64,000 nucleotides of DNA from Schizochytrium sp. TIO01 (Eukaryota; Protista; Bigyra: Labyrinthulomycetes): positions 1,240,001 to 1,304,000 of the forward strand of contig SMSO01000032.1 of NCBI GenBank assembly GCA_004764695.1, given 5' to 3'. This document shows positions 9,718 through 19,699 of the stretch, piece after piece (position 1 is the first letter of the stretch; each line of letters begins with the position of its first letter). The notes under the pieces were generated by a model, which was not told the origin of the DNA, made no database searches, and was given only the letters and a program-made list of their open reading frames with translations. The translations under genes were made by a program, and so were the position numbers.

Positions 9718-11480
9718 TTAGATAGTGTCAAGGCAAACCCATGTATAATCTGTCATAAATGAGTTTTACCTGTTTAGAATCTTGTACATTCTGCTTTTGC
9801 CGTGAATGTTTGAAGCTTCTCTTCTTATATATTAAAGCCAAAAAGACATAACAAGGTCCACCGCATCGTTGCATCCAGTAAGCATGAGCTCTGGGTACAC
9901 AATCTTGCCCAATTCCTTAATGCTTCCACCAGACAGTATTAGTGCTCTGAAAAATCATCACTAGAAGTGCTGTTTGCAAGTGAGTGCACCGCGGGTCCAT
10001 AGTCATCAAGCGCCCAGAAAAAAAGTGGCCGGCGATGCTTCTGCCATTTCTCCGGTCATAAAGGTGCCCTGATTTTTACAAATGTAAATAGGCGAGTAAA
10101 TGGAGTGATGATTCTCGCGCGTGCGACCATTGTTTGTCCACCACCATACGTAGTTGCGAGTTATGCTTGTTCCACTGACAGCACCTCCAAAATCTTTCGC
10201 TGGCTTGTAAGGGGCGTCCTTTTGGCCTTCTTCCTCGACTAAAAGTGGCGTTCCCACTTGCCATCACCCTTGTAAGCCAGAAGCTCAATAGGCTTAACTC
10301 CCTTCTTATTCTTACTACCACCCTATTTGATTTTGCCGTCACTTTGCCTGTTCTTGAGGTTCTTGCGGTAGCGGTTCCAAGAAGAATCAACACAGTCCGC
10401 CACTGGACTGCACGGAGCAAGACGAATCCAACCCTTGATGCCGATCTTCCCAGAGTCAATCTGCAGGCCGTCGGGGACACGATAATCATTATCTACAATT
10501 TTTGTAAAGTAAGGAGCAGTCTTGCCGCTGATGTAAGCCCGTGAAGCTTGCTCCTTCGGATCGTCGCGCTTTGAGAGCCACTTGAACTCATTTTTACTGA
10601 GGACGCTGTCCACCGACTGGACAAGCTCGTGCTCTGCCTTTTGTCCTTCAGTATCGAGTGCATGATCGTAATTAATAAGCTCTCCGGTTTTCTCGTCTGT
10701 TTGACTTCCACCCAGGTTTCCAAAGGATCTTCCTCATTGACAATATCACCGCCCACGCGCACAAAATCGTCCTTCGCCAGCTGCGTGTGGTAAGAATTGG
10801 CATAGTAGAGCTTGTGCTTGTAGTGGTTTGTGTAAAGATAGAGCACGTTGGCAATCTGGCTGTGACGACTCAATTCACCGAGCTGCACACAGCGGTGCGA
10901 TAATAAGGAGCCTAAGCGCGTGCATCATTTCATGTTAATGTTCTTTAAATGGAACGTGTCCGTAAAGTGATACAGTAACACGCAGCATGCCACTTTGAGA
11001 AAGGTGCCCAACCCAAAAGGTTCCCGCTAGCATGACTGTGAGGGTGCCCTCTTCTTTGGCTAGCTTGGCTGCTATAGAGGCAAAACTTGATGCATAGCTA
11101 AAGGGTGCATTTACATAAGCCCGTTTCCCCCAGGAGCTTGTCATTGCGTCTTGCTTGGGGAAGACAGGACAAGGTCCGAATCAAATTGAAAAGGTTCATG
11201 CCGTTTGCTCACTCCATGGTCCCAGAGAACAGGTCAGGAATCGACATTAATTACACCCTTACCATGCCACGAGTTTACTGTTTCATCCGATCTCCTGAGA
11301 GACAAGGTTATAATGAACTAAACTTCACTGCTCCAAGCCTGGTCTTTGACGGATCTTGCACGGATTCAATTGTGCTAGCAAAGGTTATTCAGCGCACATT
11401 TGTAGCACAAGGTTTTGTGGTCATGCGCAGTGAAGGCAAATTGCACGTGAGCTAGAATTCTTGAACTGACAAAGAATCAA
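9718..11480 (-). pseudogene. Decayed virus/phage-like gene: Dam-type N6-adenine DNA methyltransferase joined to a putative nuclease region and NUMOD1-like modules
   Basis: Stitched minus-strand frames read KDQAW...EPFQFD/FGPCPVFPKQDAMTSSWGKRAYVNAPFSYASSFASIAAKLAKEEGTLTVML...SLYGHVPFKEH*...LLIIAP, then VLYLYTNHYKHKLYYANS..., then KPIELLAYKGDGKWERHF*SRKKAK/...AVSGTSITRNYVWWW. Multiple in-frame stops and frameshifts; no introns needed. Ends approximate. Confidence 0.65.
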
Positions 11481-11599
11481 ATTGGAACCCTTAACTATTG
11501 TAACTGTGTCAAGTCTCGCAAGGAGACCAACAAAACCTTTATTTTTTCTATTTATTTTTTCTTGTCTTGGTAACTCCTTATAAAGGTGTCCCCGAGACC

Positions 11600-12047
11600 A
11601 TGACTTTTCCGGTCCCTGGTCGAGTTTTACCAGGCTAAATAAGTTTGTTAATGGGTTTAAGGTTGCGCGCGAAAATTCAAACGATTGCGAGTACCTAAGT
11701 CACTTTGAAATCAATGTTTGGAGTCACATAATCCTCCTTTTGAAGGATTCTGCTTGCGCCTTGGTCAGCTTTGTTAGAACACCACCCTTGGTGATAAAGA
11801 GAAGAATGAAATTGAGATGACAATTGTTAACCTTGAAGACCTCTATTTTGTCGGAATTGATCTGGAGAGATTTACTTTTATGATGGATGAAATGGAGGGG
11901 GTAGTGCATGTATACGATCAAGTAGTCGGATTGACACTGGAAGGTTTTTATATGTTCCTGCCGCCTGATATGGCAGATTGTATTCGATTGTTCAATCAAA
12001 CCTTTGAGCAATTTGACCAGGAAGAAGAGGATTTCAAGTTCCTTTGA
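11600..12047 (+). pseudogene. Decayed acidic ORF of unknown function, divergent partner of the MTase relic (intact part 11817-12047)
   Basis: The 76-aa acidic ORF continues upstream in frame through one TAG (11775-11777): QCLESHNPPFEGFCLRLGQLC*NTTLGDKEKNEIEMTIVNLED. More coding-like sequence extends to about 11600 via a frameshift. Confidence 0.35.
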
Positions 12048-12114
12048 TTCATTTGTTTAATTTAAAAAAGAAAAAAGAAGAAAAGAAGGAATTGCATGAA
12101 TTAATAAAAGCAGC

Positions 12115-13168
12115 CTATCTGTGGCCTTGCTGTGATTTGACATACATTGCTCCAAAAAGAATGCTTGCGAAGAAAACAATTCCAGGTAGTGACCAGAAGA
12201 CTGAGGCACTATACTTGTACTTTTGCTCAAGATTGTCGATGACTTCCTTCGTACGATCCTGAAGCTCAGCCAGTGATCCGTCGTTTGAAATTACAATATT
12301 CGCTTGGGCGACTTTCTCTTCCATAGGCATCTGAGCTTTGATTCGATCAAGGGCTTGCTCTTCTGTGAAACCATCGCGCTCGTGCATGCGCTTAATTTGT
12401 GTTTCTTGAGAAGCGGCCACGACAATAACCTCCGACACCAGATACAGCAAGTGTTTAGTCTCGTAGAGAGTGGGAGCATCTGCAGTAGATTAAGTCATTT
12501 GTACAATAGTTTAGAAGAAGTGAGTTAAAGACATGCCAACCTTTCAAAAGTATGAAGTAAATGCTGTGCAAACGTACCAATCACCACAAGCGGTGTACCG
12601 ATAGCAAAATTCCATACGAGAGCTTTGGTTATTTCCATAAAGATTGCAGGACCAACAATAGCCGTCAGCTCTTTGCGTTTTTCATCATCTTTGAAAACAA
12701 TGTCGCCTAGCTTTTTTCGGTCAAGCCCTGATCCATCTGGAAGCAAAATATCTTCTCCATGGATCTTCACAATCTTATTATAGGCGGAGTGGCCCAGGTT
12801 CCACAACTACGCGAGAGAGTTTATCACAGTCAATTACAACAATTCCGCGTTTCTGCAGCTCGCTTGTCACGGTGCTCTTGCCACACGCAATGCCCTAAGC
12901 ATGATGGAACAACTCAAAGAAAAAGATCAAAGTTAGTAAGGAATAATCATCGCACGGACTGTGCAAGGAATGCATCAGGTTTTGCCGGTCATTGTTGTAG
13001 CTTGCTTTCACATCGTCACCTAAACCTGCTCCAGCAAACTCAGTCCACAGTGTTGTATACGTGTCCAAGTCAAACTAGTGTTTGCGATTCCCACCATCCT
13101 CACCTCGCTCGCATCACCTTAGCCTTTTACCCTCAACGTACCCCAGTAAGGCCAACGACGCGAGTCAT
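12115..13168 (-). CDS. DCAKD: Dephospho-CoA kinase (CoaE/DCAKD family), tail-anchored. Exons 13168-13142, 12894-12578, 12479-12115; one extra base near 12793-12795
   Basis: Spliced translation MTRVVGLTG|GIACGKSTV (P-loop)...IDCDKLSRVVVEPG[fs]HSAY...LDRKKLGDIVF...VVID(spliced)APTLYE...QIKRMHERDG...RIKAQMP, with a C-terminal TM. Introns 13141-12895 (GTACGT..TAG) and 12577-12480 (GTACGT..CAG). Exon sum is 709 nt = 236 codons + 1. Confidence 0.92.
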
Positions 13169-14298
13169 CTTGCACTTCTAGCTTACAACCCCAAGACACC
13201 CGCTCCTGATCGTCTGCAACTATTTGCAGGCACACCCAAGCCTGGAAATGGTCAAGGCTGTCAAGGCAAAAGTAAATGCGCTCTATTTCACAAAGCAATT
13301 ACTCTATTGTAGGGAGTATTATCATCTACGATGTAGAAGAAGAAGGTAGTAATTGGACCTTGCTATCAAAGTACCACTCGAGACACTCTTGCTCTTCTTC
13401 TATCTCCACGCAGGGAATCAATTCCGTTCGTCATCCACTTGATAGCAGGTCCCAGTGCTCACCATGGGCCCTCTCTGCCAGGAGGAGGCAGAGGCGATGA
13501 TGATACAGATCGTAAGAGGTGATTGTCACGATGATGGAAGACAATCTTCATGATGATTTCTTTTCTTGCTTTGTCTGAATAAGAAAAAGGTGAACTTTCT
13601 CCATTGACATAGTATAAAGAACCTGAAAAGAGAAAGAAAAGAGCGAAGAAAAGGAAAAGAAAAAGATTTGAGCGAGAGGAAAAGAGATCTCCGAGTCAAG
13701 ACAAATCGAAACGCAGACTATCGAGCAGAGCACTAAATAAAACTCGAATCGAAGTGGGCTCGGCGTCGCAGCAAGAGCGAGCTCTATACGAGTTCTTCAG
13801 CATAGGCGATCAAGGGTTGCGCTGCTCTTTTCTACTTTTCCGTGGGGAAGCTTCGGCCTGAGCAAGGGCGAAGAACATTCGGGTCAGGCAGGCAGGCATT
13901 GAAGGATTCCGCGGAGAGTTGCCCAGACGAACTGCTTTAATAGCGCAGGCTTGAAGGACCTGACGACACTTGGAAAGGCACTCTGAACGTTGATGAAGAA
14001 TATACTGGTTAGAACGCCTCTGCTGCTTTGAGGTGAAGCTGCTAAAAGACTGTAGTGCGAAAGATTGACAGAGTTCTTACTCCAAAAAGTCAGGACCAAG
14101 GATCACTCCGTTTGCTTGTTGGTGAACTTTCAACTCTAAAACTTCTGAATCGAAAGTTTGACTGCAACAGAAAGCCTCTCAAAAAATCAGATATTATAGT
14201 TATCTGGATAAGTTCTTGGTGCTTCTACGTATATCCACGTTGCAAGCTTCGAAAACAATCTTACAAGAGGTATATTCACAAAGCAACTTCTGTTCACG

Positions 14299-17200
14299 AT
14301 GATTTTTAACGAAGTTTGCGCGATGCGTAGACCAGTAGGAGATGGCCATCAAACACAAGACTCTTGGCCAGTGGAAGACTCCGAGGACAAAGAATTTGGA
14401 GAGCTTTATAACGATATACAAGATTTGATCTCAAGATTTCGCCAGGTCCATGAAAGTAATCAGGATAGAAGGAACCTCTCCGATACACAAGCTCAAATCT
14501 ATCCGATAGTAACATCACTTTCACGCAACCACCGAGAAGGCAGCGAAAATGACGGGACGTTTGGTGGCGCTTTTGTCAGGAGCGTTGCAAATGGCGGGAG
14601 TAGCGATGGAAGTAGAAATAGCGGCGGCGGCAGCAGCAGCAGCAGCGGCAGCAGCAGCAGCAGCAGTAGCGGCAGCAGTGATAGTAGCAACAGCGGCAGT
14701 AGCAGTGGGGGGAGTAGCAGTGGCAACAATAGCAGTAATAGCAACGGAGAATCACAAGACATACATGAGCAATCTGTTCATGCAAATGGTAGTGGCAGTG
14801 AGCAAGGTGAAGAGTCAGACGATCAATCTGACAGTGATGGGGGCAACAACAACAGCAATGACGACAACGCAGGAAACAGTGGTGAAGAATCTGAAGATGA
14901 AGATAACGATGGTGGCGAAGAGTTTGTCAATGATGGGGGGGGGCATGATGATGAAGAAGAAGACGATGACGAAAACGAAAACGAAAACGAAAATGATGAT
15001 AACGATGATGAAGAAGAAGATGATGATGAAGAAGACGACGACGACGACGACGACGATGACGATGATGATGATGATGAAGAGGAGGGCGATGAAGAATTCG
15101 TAGAAAGTGAAGACGTAGAGGCAGATGAAGAAGATTCTTACAGAAGCTTTCCCATAGATCTGAATATGACCAGAACCAATCATTCGGCGTCAACAACTCG
15201 ACAGAGGTTCTACGCCAGGAATCGCCAATCTCAGCAGAGTGCCGGTAGAAGTGGATTGCGAAACGCGGTCAGCGCTGATGCAAATTCAAGTAGTGAAGAG
15301 GAGAATGTTTTTGATCGTTATAGCCCGGAACGTATTACAATTAACAGCTCCGGGGCGGTGCACCTTACATATGTTACAAGTAGTGATGAAGACTCTGGTG
15401 ATGATGGAAAACGTCATTTTGGCAGATTTCGAGTACTTTCTAAATCCAACGGAAGAACCTCTATATCCTCCCTAAACGACGGAATCCTAGAAAAACGAAT
15501 CAATCAACTCTTTGTACCTCAGAGTTTCTCTGATGTCAGTAGTAGCTCTATGTCCATCACTCATGAGATCTCTGACACCGATTGCGGAGATCTTGCTTAC
15601 TTTCTTAGCAAGACTGATATTGCAGCTGAAACACAACGTGCTAACATTAATCGCCGCAACCACTACAGCAATTCTTCAGGAGAATCATCACATTTGATGG
15701 GGTCATCGGAGCTTCCCGCCTGGGAGTTTCTTGGACCACCAACCCATCATGAAAGAGATGAAGAAGGTTCTTCTGATTCTCGCTCGCAATCACTGTTGGC
15801 GCTTCCTGATACTGCGTTGTCTATTGGCGTGTTTTCCAGAACTCAAAGTTCTCGTCCCATGTTGCATGCCAATTCAAGCACTACTAATACAGATAGAACT
15901 GCATCAATCCAAAGAAATCGTGCAAGTACCGCCACCCATGTGAATCAAACTTTTGACGGTCACTTATACGAGCCTGTAAGCCCCCGAGACTTCCAGAGAG
16001 GTGGTTCTCGTTATGGAAATTGGCAGCGTGTGATTCGCCACTTGTCTCTTCATCCTACAAGCTTACCTTCTGAGAGTCTTGAAAGTAACCCGGGAAAAAG
16101 CTGTCTTTGTCAATCTTGGCGCCCATCTAAGCGTCCTGATCTGATCATAGTTAAAGCAAATCGAAGGACAATCTCCTATGTTGGGCACGGGCTTCCTATT
16201 CCAGGTGCAATTCCGGAGGAGGGAAATTTATTTCCAGCAACCTTATACTCTCGATACCCACTTTCAGTATGTGCAAACGAAAACGTTGAATATTTCGAAG
16301 CAAGGATCCAAGCGGATCAATATTGCTGTGGTATCCAAGTTGGTTTCGTATTTGGCTCTGTACCCTCTTCCGACTCTGAAACTAGTGCTCTTCAAGCTCT
16401 TAAGAACGGGATTGCATATGTCGCTCGTGACGGTCGTGTATACGAATTTGGGCGTCGGGACCCATCCACAAACTCCCAATGTACTTATGGAAACAACGAT
16501 GTGATCGGTTGTGGAGTGAACCGCTCAACAAATGATATCTTCTTCACCAAGAATGGAATTCTTGTGTTTACAATTCACTTTTCTGGTACATACCGGTCAA
16601 GTAAGGTAGGCTTTGATGAACCATTCTACCCGAGCGTAACATTGACGTATTCTGGCGAAGAGGTCCAGACAAATTTCGGTCCCGACTTTATCTACGATGT
16701 CCATTCTCTCATCGCTGAAGGGAAAGCTAGGCAGATTGCTGAAATTGAAGACTATCCTCGTCAGGAGTCGGTGGTATCAAGTCTAATCCATGAGTATCTC
16801 GAATTTAGTGGCTTTGAAAAAACGTTACGTGCATTTGAGGAGGAGTCTGCCGTCCGAGGTCAAACACCTAATTCTTCCACAAAGCAGAATGGAGCAAAAG
16901 ACACGAACATAGGGAACAAGGTTCAACCAACCGGGAATGTTGAGCCCACGATACCTATCGATGAAGACGTATCTCGGGGTTTACAAGGAGTTTTGCCTTC
17001 GGACGTTATAAACCAAGCAACAGCAAGGGAGACGGATCTCCGTGCGCTTCATGTGATATTCTCTCCAACTTACCTTAGTTTATGCAACCCTCCACATGGA
17101 ACCTGGGTTCAGTCTGATTCAGATGCTCCACTAGCGTCGCTATCCAAACGGGCACTCATTCGAAAGCTGATTCTAGCACAGCAACCTCTCATAGCCGCCA

Positions 17201-17880
17201 ACAAGCTTGAACGTTGGTATCCCGTCTCTGCTTTGAAAAAATTGCGTTCAGATGGTACATTAGAGAGTATGCGTGCTCAACATTTTGTTGAACTTTGTGC
17301 AGTAGGAAAGACGGCTGAGGCAGTCCAATTTGCGAAGAAGGAGCTTTTGGCAAGCACCGCAAGCAAGCTGATTCCCCTAGTTGCATATAGAAATTTATCC
17401 GATTCGCCGTACAGGTCTCTCCTTACAAGAGACCACCGGGTTACGGTCGCGGATCATGTTAATCGAGCTATGATTATGCTTCAGATTGATGTGTCTACAA
17501 TCAGACCAATTTCACAAAAGAGAGAGAACCGTGGCAAAGTGGCTTCCGGCAAAATTCAAATCGAAGAATTGCAGGACGACTCCAATTCAGACAATGATGG
17601 TGAAACCTGCTACGAAGACATAACGGATGTGCCAATTTCTAGCTCCAATGACGTGGATGCTTCGGGTGATGCAATTCAAGATTCATTACCTAAAGGAGGT
17701 TCAAAAGTAGGCAGCGATGAAGTGAGGACCCAATCAAATGCGAAAAGAACTGTAAATGGGAATGGCGTCAGTCGTGATGAAGATGCTGGTACTGCTTGTG
17801 CAAGGCTCCCCCGGGCTGCTCTAGAGACAGTACTAGCCCAGCTTGTCCTCACAAAGTCCTTATTGCCTGCTCCCTTTTAG
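14299..17880 (+). CDS. RanBPM/RANBP9-10/GID1-like SPRY-LisH-CTLH-CRA protein (CTLH/GID E3 scaffold) with long low-complexity N-terminus
   Basis: SPRY (YFEARI, IQVGF, YVARDG, YGNNDVIGCGVN, IFFTKNG, FYPSVTL, NFGPDFIYD); LisH (SLIHEYLEFSGFEKTLRAF); CTLH (RALIRKLIL); CRA (LVAYRNLSDSPYRSLL...VADHVNRAMI). Alternative ATG at 14323. Confidence 0.85.
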   Translation: MIFNEVCAMRRPVGDGHQTQDSWPVEDSEDKEFGELYNDIQDLISRFRQVHESNQDRRNLSDTQAQIYPIVTSLSRNHREGSENDGTFGGAFVRSVANGGSSDGSRNSGGGSSSSSGSSSSSSSGSSDSSNSGSSSGGSSSGNNSSNSNGESQDIHEQSVHANGSGSEQGEESDDQSDSDGGNNNSNDDNAGNSGEESEDEDNDGGEEFVNDGGGHDDEEEDDDENENENENDDNDDEEEDDDEEDDDDDDDDDDDDDDEEEGDEEFVESEDVEADEEDSYRSFPIDLNMTRTNHSASTTRQRFYARNRQSQQSAGRSGLRNAVSADANSSSEEENVFDRYSPERITINSSGAVHLTYVTSSDEDSGDDGKRHFGRFRVLSKSNGRTSISSLNDGILEKRINQLFVPQSFSDVSSSSMSITHEISDTDCGDLAYFLSKTDIAAETQRANINRRNHYSNSSGESSHLMGSSELPAWEFLGPPTHHERDEEGSSDSRSQSLLALPDTALSIGVFSRTQSSRPMLHANSSTTNTDRTASIQRNRASTATHVNQTFDGHLYEPVSPRDFQRGGSRYGNWQRVIRHLSLHPTSLPSESLESNPGKSCLCQSWRPSKRPDLIIVKANRRTISYVGHGLPIPGAIPEEGNLFPATLYSRYPLSVCANENVEYFEARIQADQYCCGIQVGFVFGSVPSSDSETSALQALKNGIAYVARDGRVYEFGRRDPSTNSQCTYGNNDVIGCGVNRSTNDIFFTKNGILVFTIHFSGTYRSSKVGFDEPFYPSVTLTYSGEEVQTNFGPDFIYDVHSLIAEGKARQIAEIEDYPRQESVVSSLIHEYLEFSGFEKTLRAFEEESAVRGQTPNSSTKQNGAKDTNIGNKVQPTGNVEPTIPIDEDVSRGLQGVLPSDVINQATARETDLRALHVIFSPTYLSLCNPPHGTWVQSDSDAPLASLSKRALIRKLILAQQPLIAANKLERWYPVSALKKLRSDGTLESMRAQHFVELCAVGKTAEAVQFAKKELLASTASKLIPLVAYRNLSDSPYRSLLTRDHRVTVADHVNRAMIMLQIDVSTIRPISQKRENRGKVASGKIQIEELQDDSNSDNDGETCYEDITDVPISSSNDVDASGDAIQDSLPKGGSKVGSDEVRTQSNAKRTVNGNGVSRDEDAGTACARLPRAALETVLAQLVLTKSLLPAPF

Positions 17881-18382
17881 ATATGTACACGATTTCCCCC
17901 TTTTATAGGTTTAAAAAAACAGTATTACTTCGCAAAAAGAAAGAGGAAAAGAAAGAAAAAGAAGAACAAAAGGGAATTAGATTAGCTAAAAAGGCGAACT
18001 TGTAAATTTTGGGTGGATAAGTAGTCTCAAGTCACTAGATAAGATCGAAGCCTCTTGAGTATTCATGATCAAGTTAACAAATATGAAAGGATCTTTTGAA
18101 GGAATATTTTTTGAAGATGTCCATATATTATTGAGTTGCATAGGATTACAACAGCTTTCACTGTGTAAATGGACCTCTCGATGTCTCGAAGAGCAAACAG
18201 GTTTTTGAAGCTTGTGGAAGGATTATACACTACTGTTTGCTCATCAAATGTGTGTGGTTTGTTGTGTGTCTGTATGTATGTGTTGATGTATGTGAGTTTG
18301 GAAAGGATAAATGAGGCAAAGTTGATACTGTCGCAGGATGACGAGGCCACGACACCGCGCATTAATGGATTGAAAGTTGATT

Positions 18383-19699
18383 TTACTTGTGCGAATGGGC
18401 ATGCGCGGCGGCACCAGCCGTGCGCTGGCGACCCTTGCTCGAAACTCTAGGAAAGCTCTGATGATATTGATGTGCTGGTCCTGTAGGCACAGGGAGCGAT
18501 GAGCTCGATGATCTGCTAGACGAGGAGATATCAGATCTGGCGCTGTTCTGTGCAGTGTAGAAGGTTTCCTCCGGATGAAAAGTGATCATGTCATCAAAAA
18601 TGAGACGCTGCATAACATCTTTGGGCATCTCCGCTCTGTAGCCATGTTCGAAACTGAGATCAAACATGGAAGAAGCGACAGGCACCTCGTTCTCATCGTG
18701 AAGATCAGCGAGGTAAGGGTGCTCAAGAGCCTCATCAATGGTGATGCGGCCACGGGGATCGAAAACAAGCATCCGCTGCAAAAGGTCGATGGCGAGAGGG
18801 TTTGCGCCATGAAACTGGCTCATCTTGATAAGACTGCGTTTCCTATGGCGACCAAAAGATTGAATCGCACGGCGCGCGCTAGGGTTGGAAATAAAATCAA
18901 TTTCCGAAGCTGACGGCGTACCCAGAATCTCAATGATAACCTGGAGCTGGTGCATATAGTCCTTACCTTGAAAGATAGGACGGCGCGAAAGGATTTCGCC
19001 AAAAATGCAGCCAATACTCCAGACATCAACGCCACTTCCATAGTATCTGCTATCAGTAAGTAGCTCGGGGGCGCGGTACCAACGGGTTACAACATATTCT
19101 GTCAACGTATCTTCATACTCAGTGTTGACACCACGGGCCAAGCCAAAGTCACAAATAGCAAGGTCACAGTTTGAGTTGACCAGGAGATTTGAAGGTTTGA
19201 GATCACGGTGAAGAACATTTGCGGAGTGGATGTACTTGATGCCTCGAAGAATCTGGTAAAGGAAATATTGTGCATGTTGGTCACTGAGAGGCTGGTTCGA
19301 AGAAACGATCCGGTCAAGATCGCACTCAAAGAGTTCTGTGACAATGTAGATATCTTTAAAATCCATAGTATGCGGAGGCATGACACTGATGTCGACAAGA
19401 CCAATGACATTCTCGTGATCACCAAGATGCTTGAGTAGCTTTATTTCGCGAAGGATGCGCTTGGCGTCCACGAGGTCAGCGAACATATCAGAAACCTTCT
19501 TGATGGCAACTCTGTTGCCGGTGACCGTGTCATCAGCTGAGCATACGAGGCCGTACGAGCCTTGACCCACGGCACGAAGGTTTACGTAGCGAGTTTCCAC
19601 CTCAAACACGGTTCCACTGATGGTGAAGCTGTGAAAGTTACGCCGCTGAGGTCTGAGCGGCTGCTCCAAAGACATGGCAATGTCCATTGAGTCTGCCAT
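18383..19699 (-). CDS. Mitogen-activated protein kinase (TEY type)
   Basis: GQGSYG, VAIKK, ILREIKLL, HRDLKPSN, DFGLAR, LTEYVVTRWYRAPE and CD motif HPYLADLHDENEVP. Confidence 0.97.
   Translation of the reverse strand: MADSMDIAMSLEQPLRPQRRNFHSFTISGTVFEVETRYVNLRAVGQGSYGLVCSADDTVTGNRVAIKKVSDMFADLVDAKRILREIKLLKHLGDHENVIGLVDISVMPPHTMDFKDIYIVTELFECDLDRIVSSNQPLSDQHAQYFLYQILRGIKYIHSANVLHRDLKPSNLLVNSNCDLAICDFGLARGVNTEYEDTLTEYVVTRWYRAPELLTDSRYYGSGVDVWSIGCIFGEILSRRPIFQGKDYMHQLQVIIEILGTPSASEIDFISNPSARRAIQSFGRHRKRSLIKMSQFHGANPLAIDLLQRMLVFDPRGRITIDEALEHPYLADLHDENEVPVASSMFDLSFEHGYRAEMPKDVMQRLIFDDMITFHPEETFYTAQNSARSDISSSSRSSSSSLPVPTGPAHQYHQSFPRVSSKGRQRTAGAAAHAHSHK

Noticed and set aside
11105-11455. 116-aa plus-strand ORF
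   Set aside because: It is the antisense shadow of the MTase relic; non-ATG start and no motifs.
9761-11631. 10-bp direct repeat GAGTTTTACC at 9761-9770 and 11622-11631 as a target-site duplication of the MTase relic
   Set aside because: The first copy lies inside the inferred reading frame, there are no terminal inverted repeats, and a 10-mer match is expected by chance at this scale.
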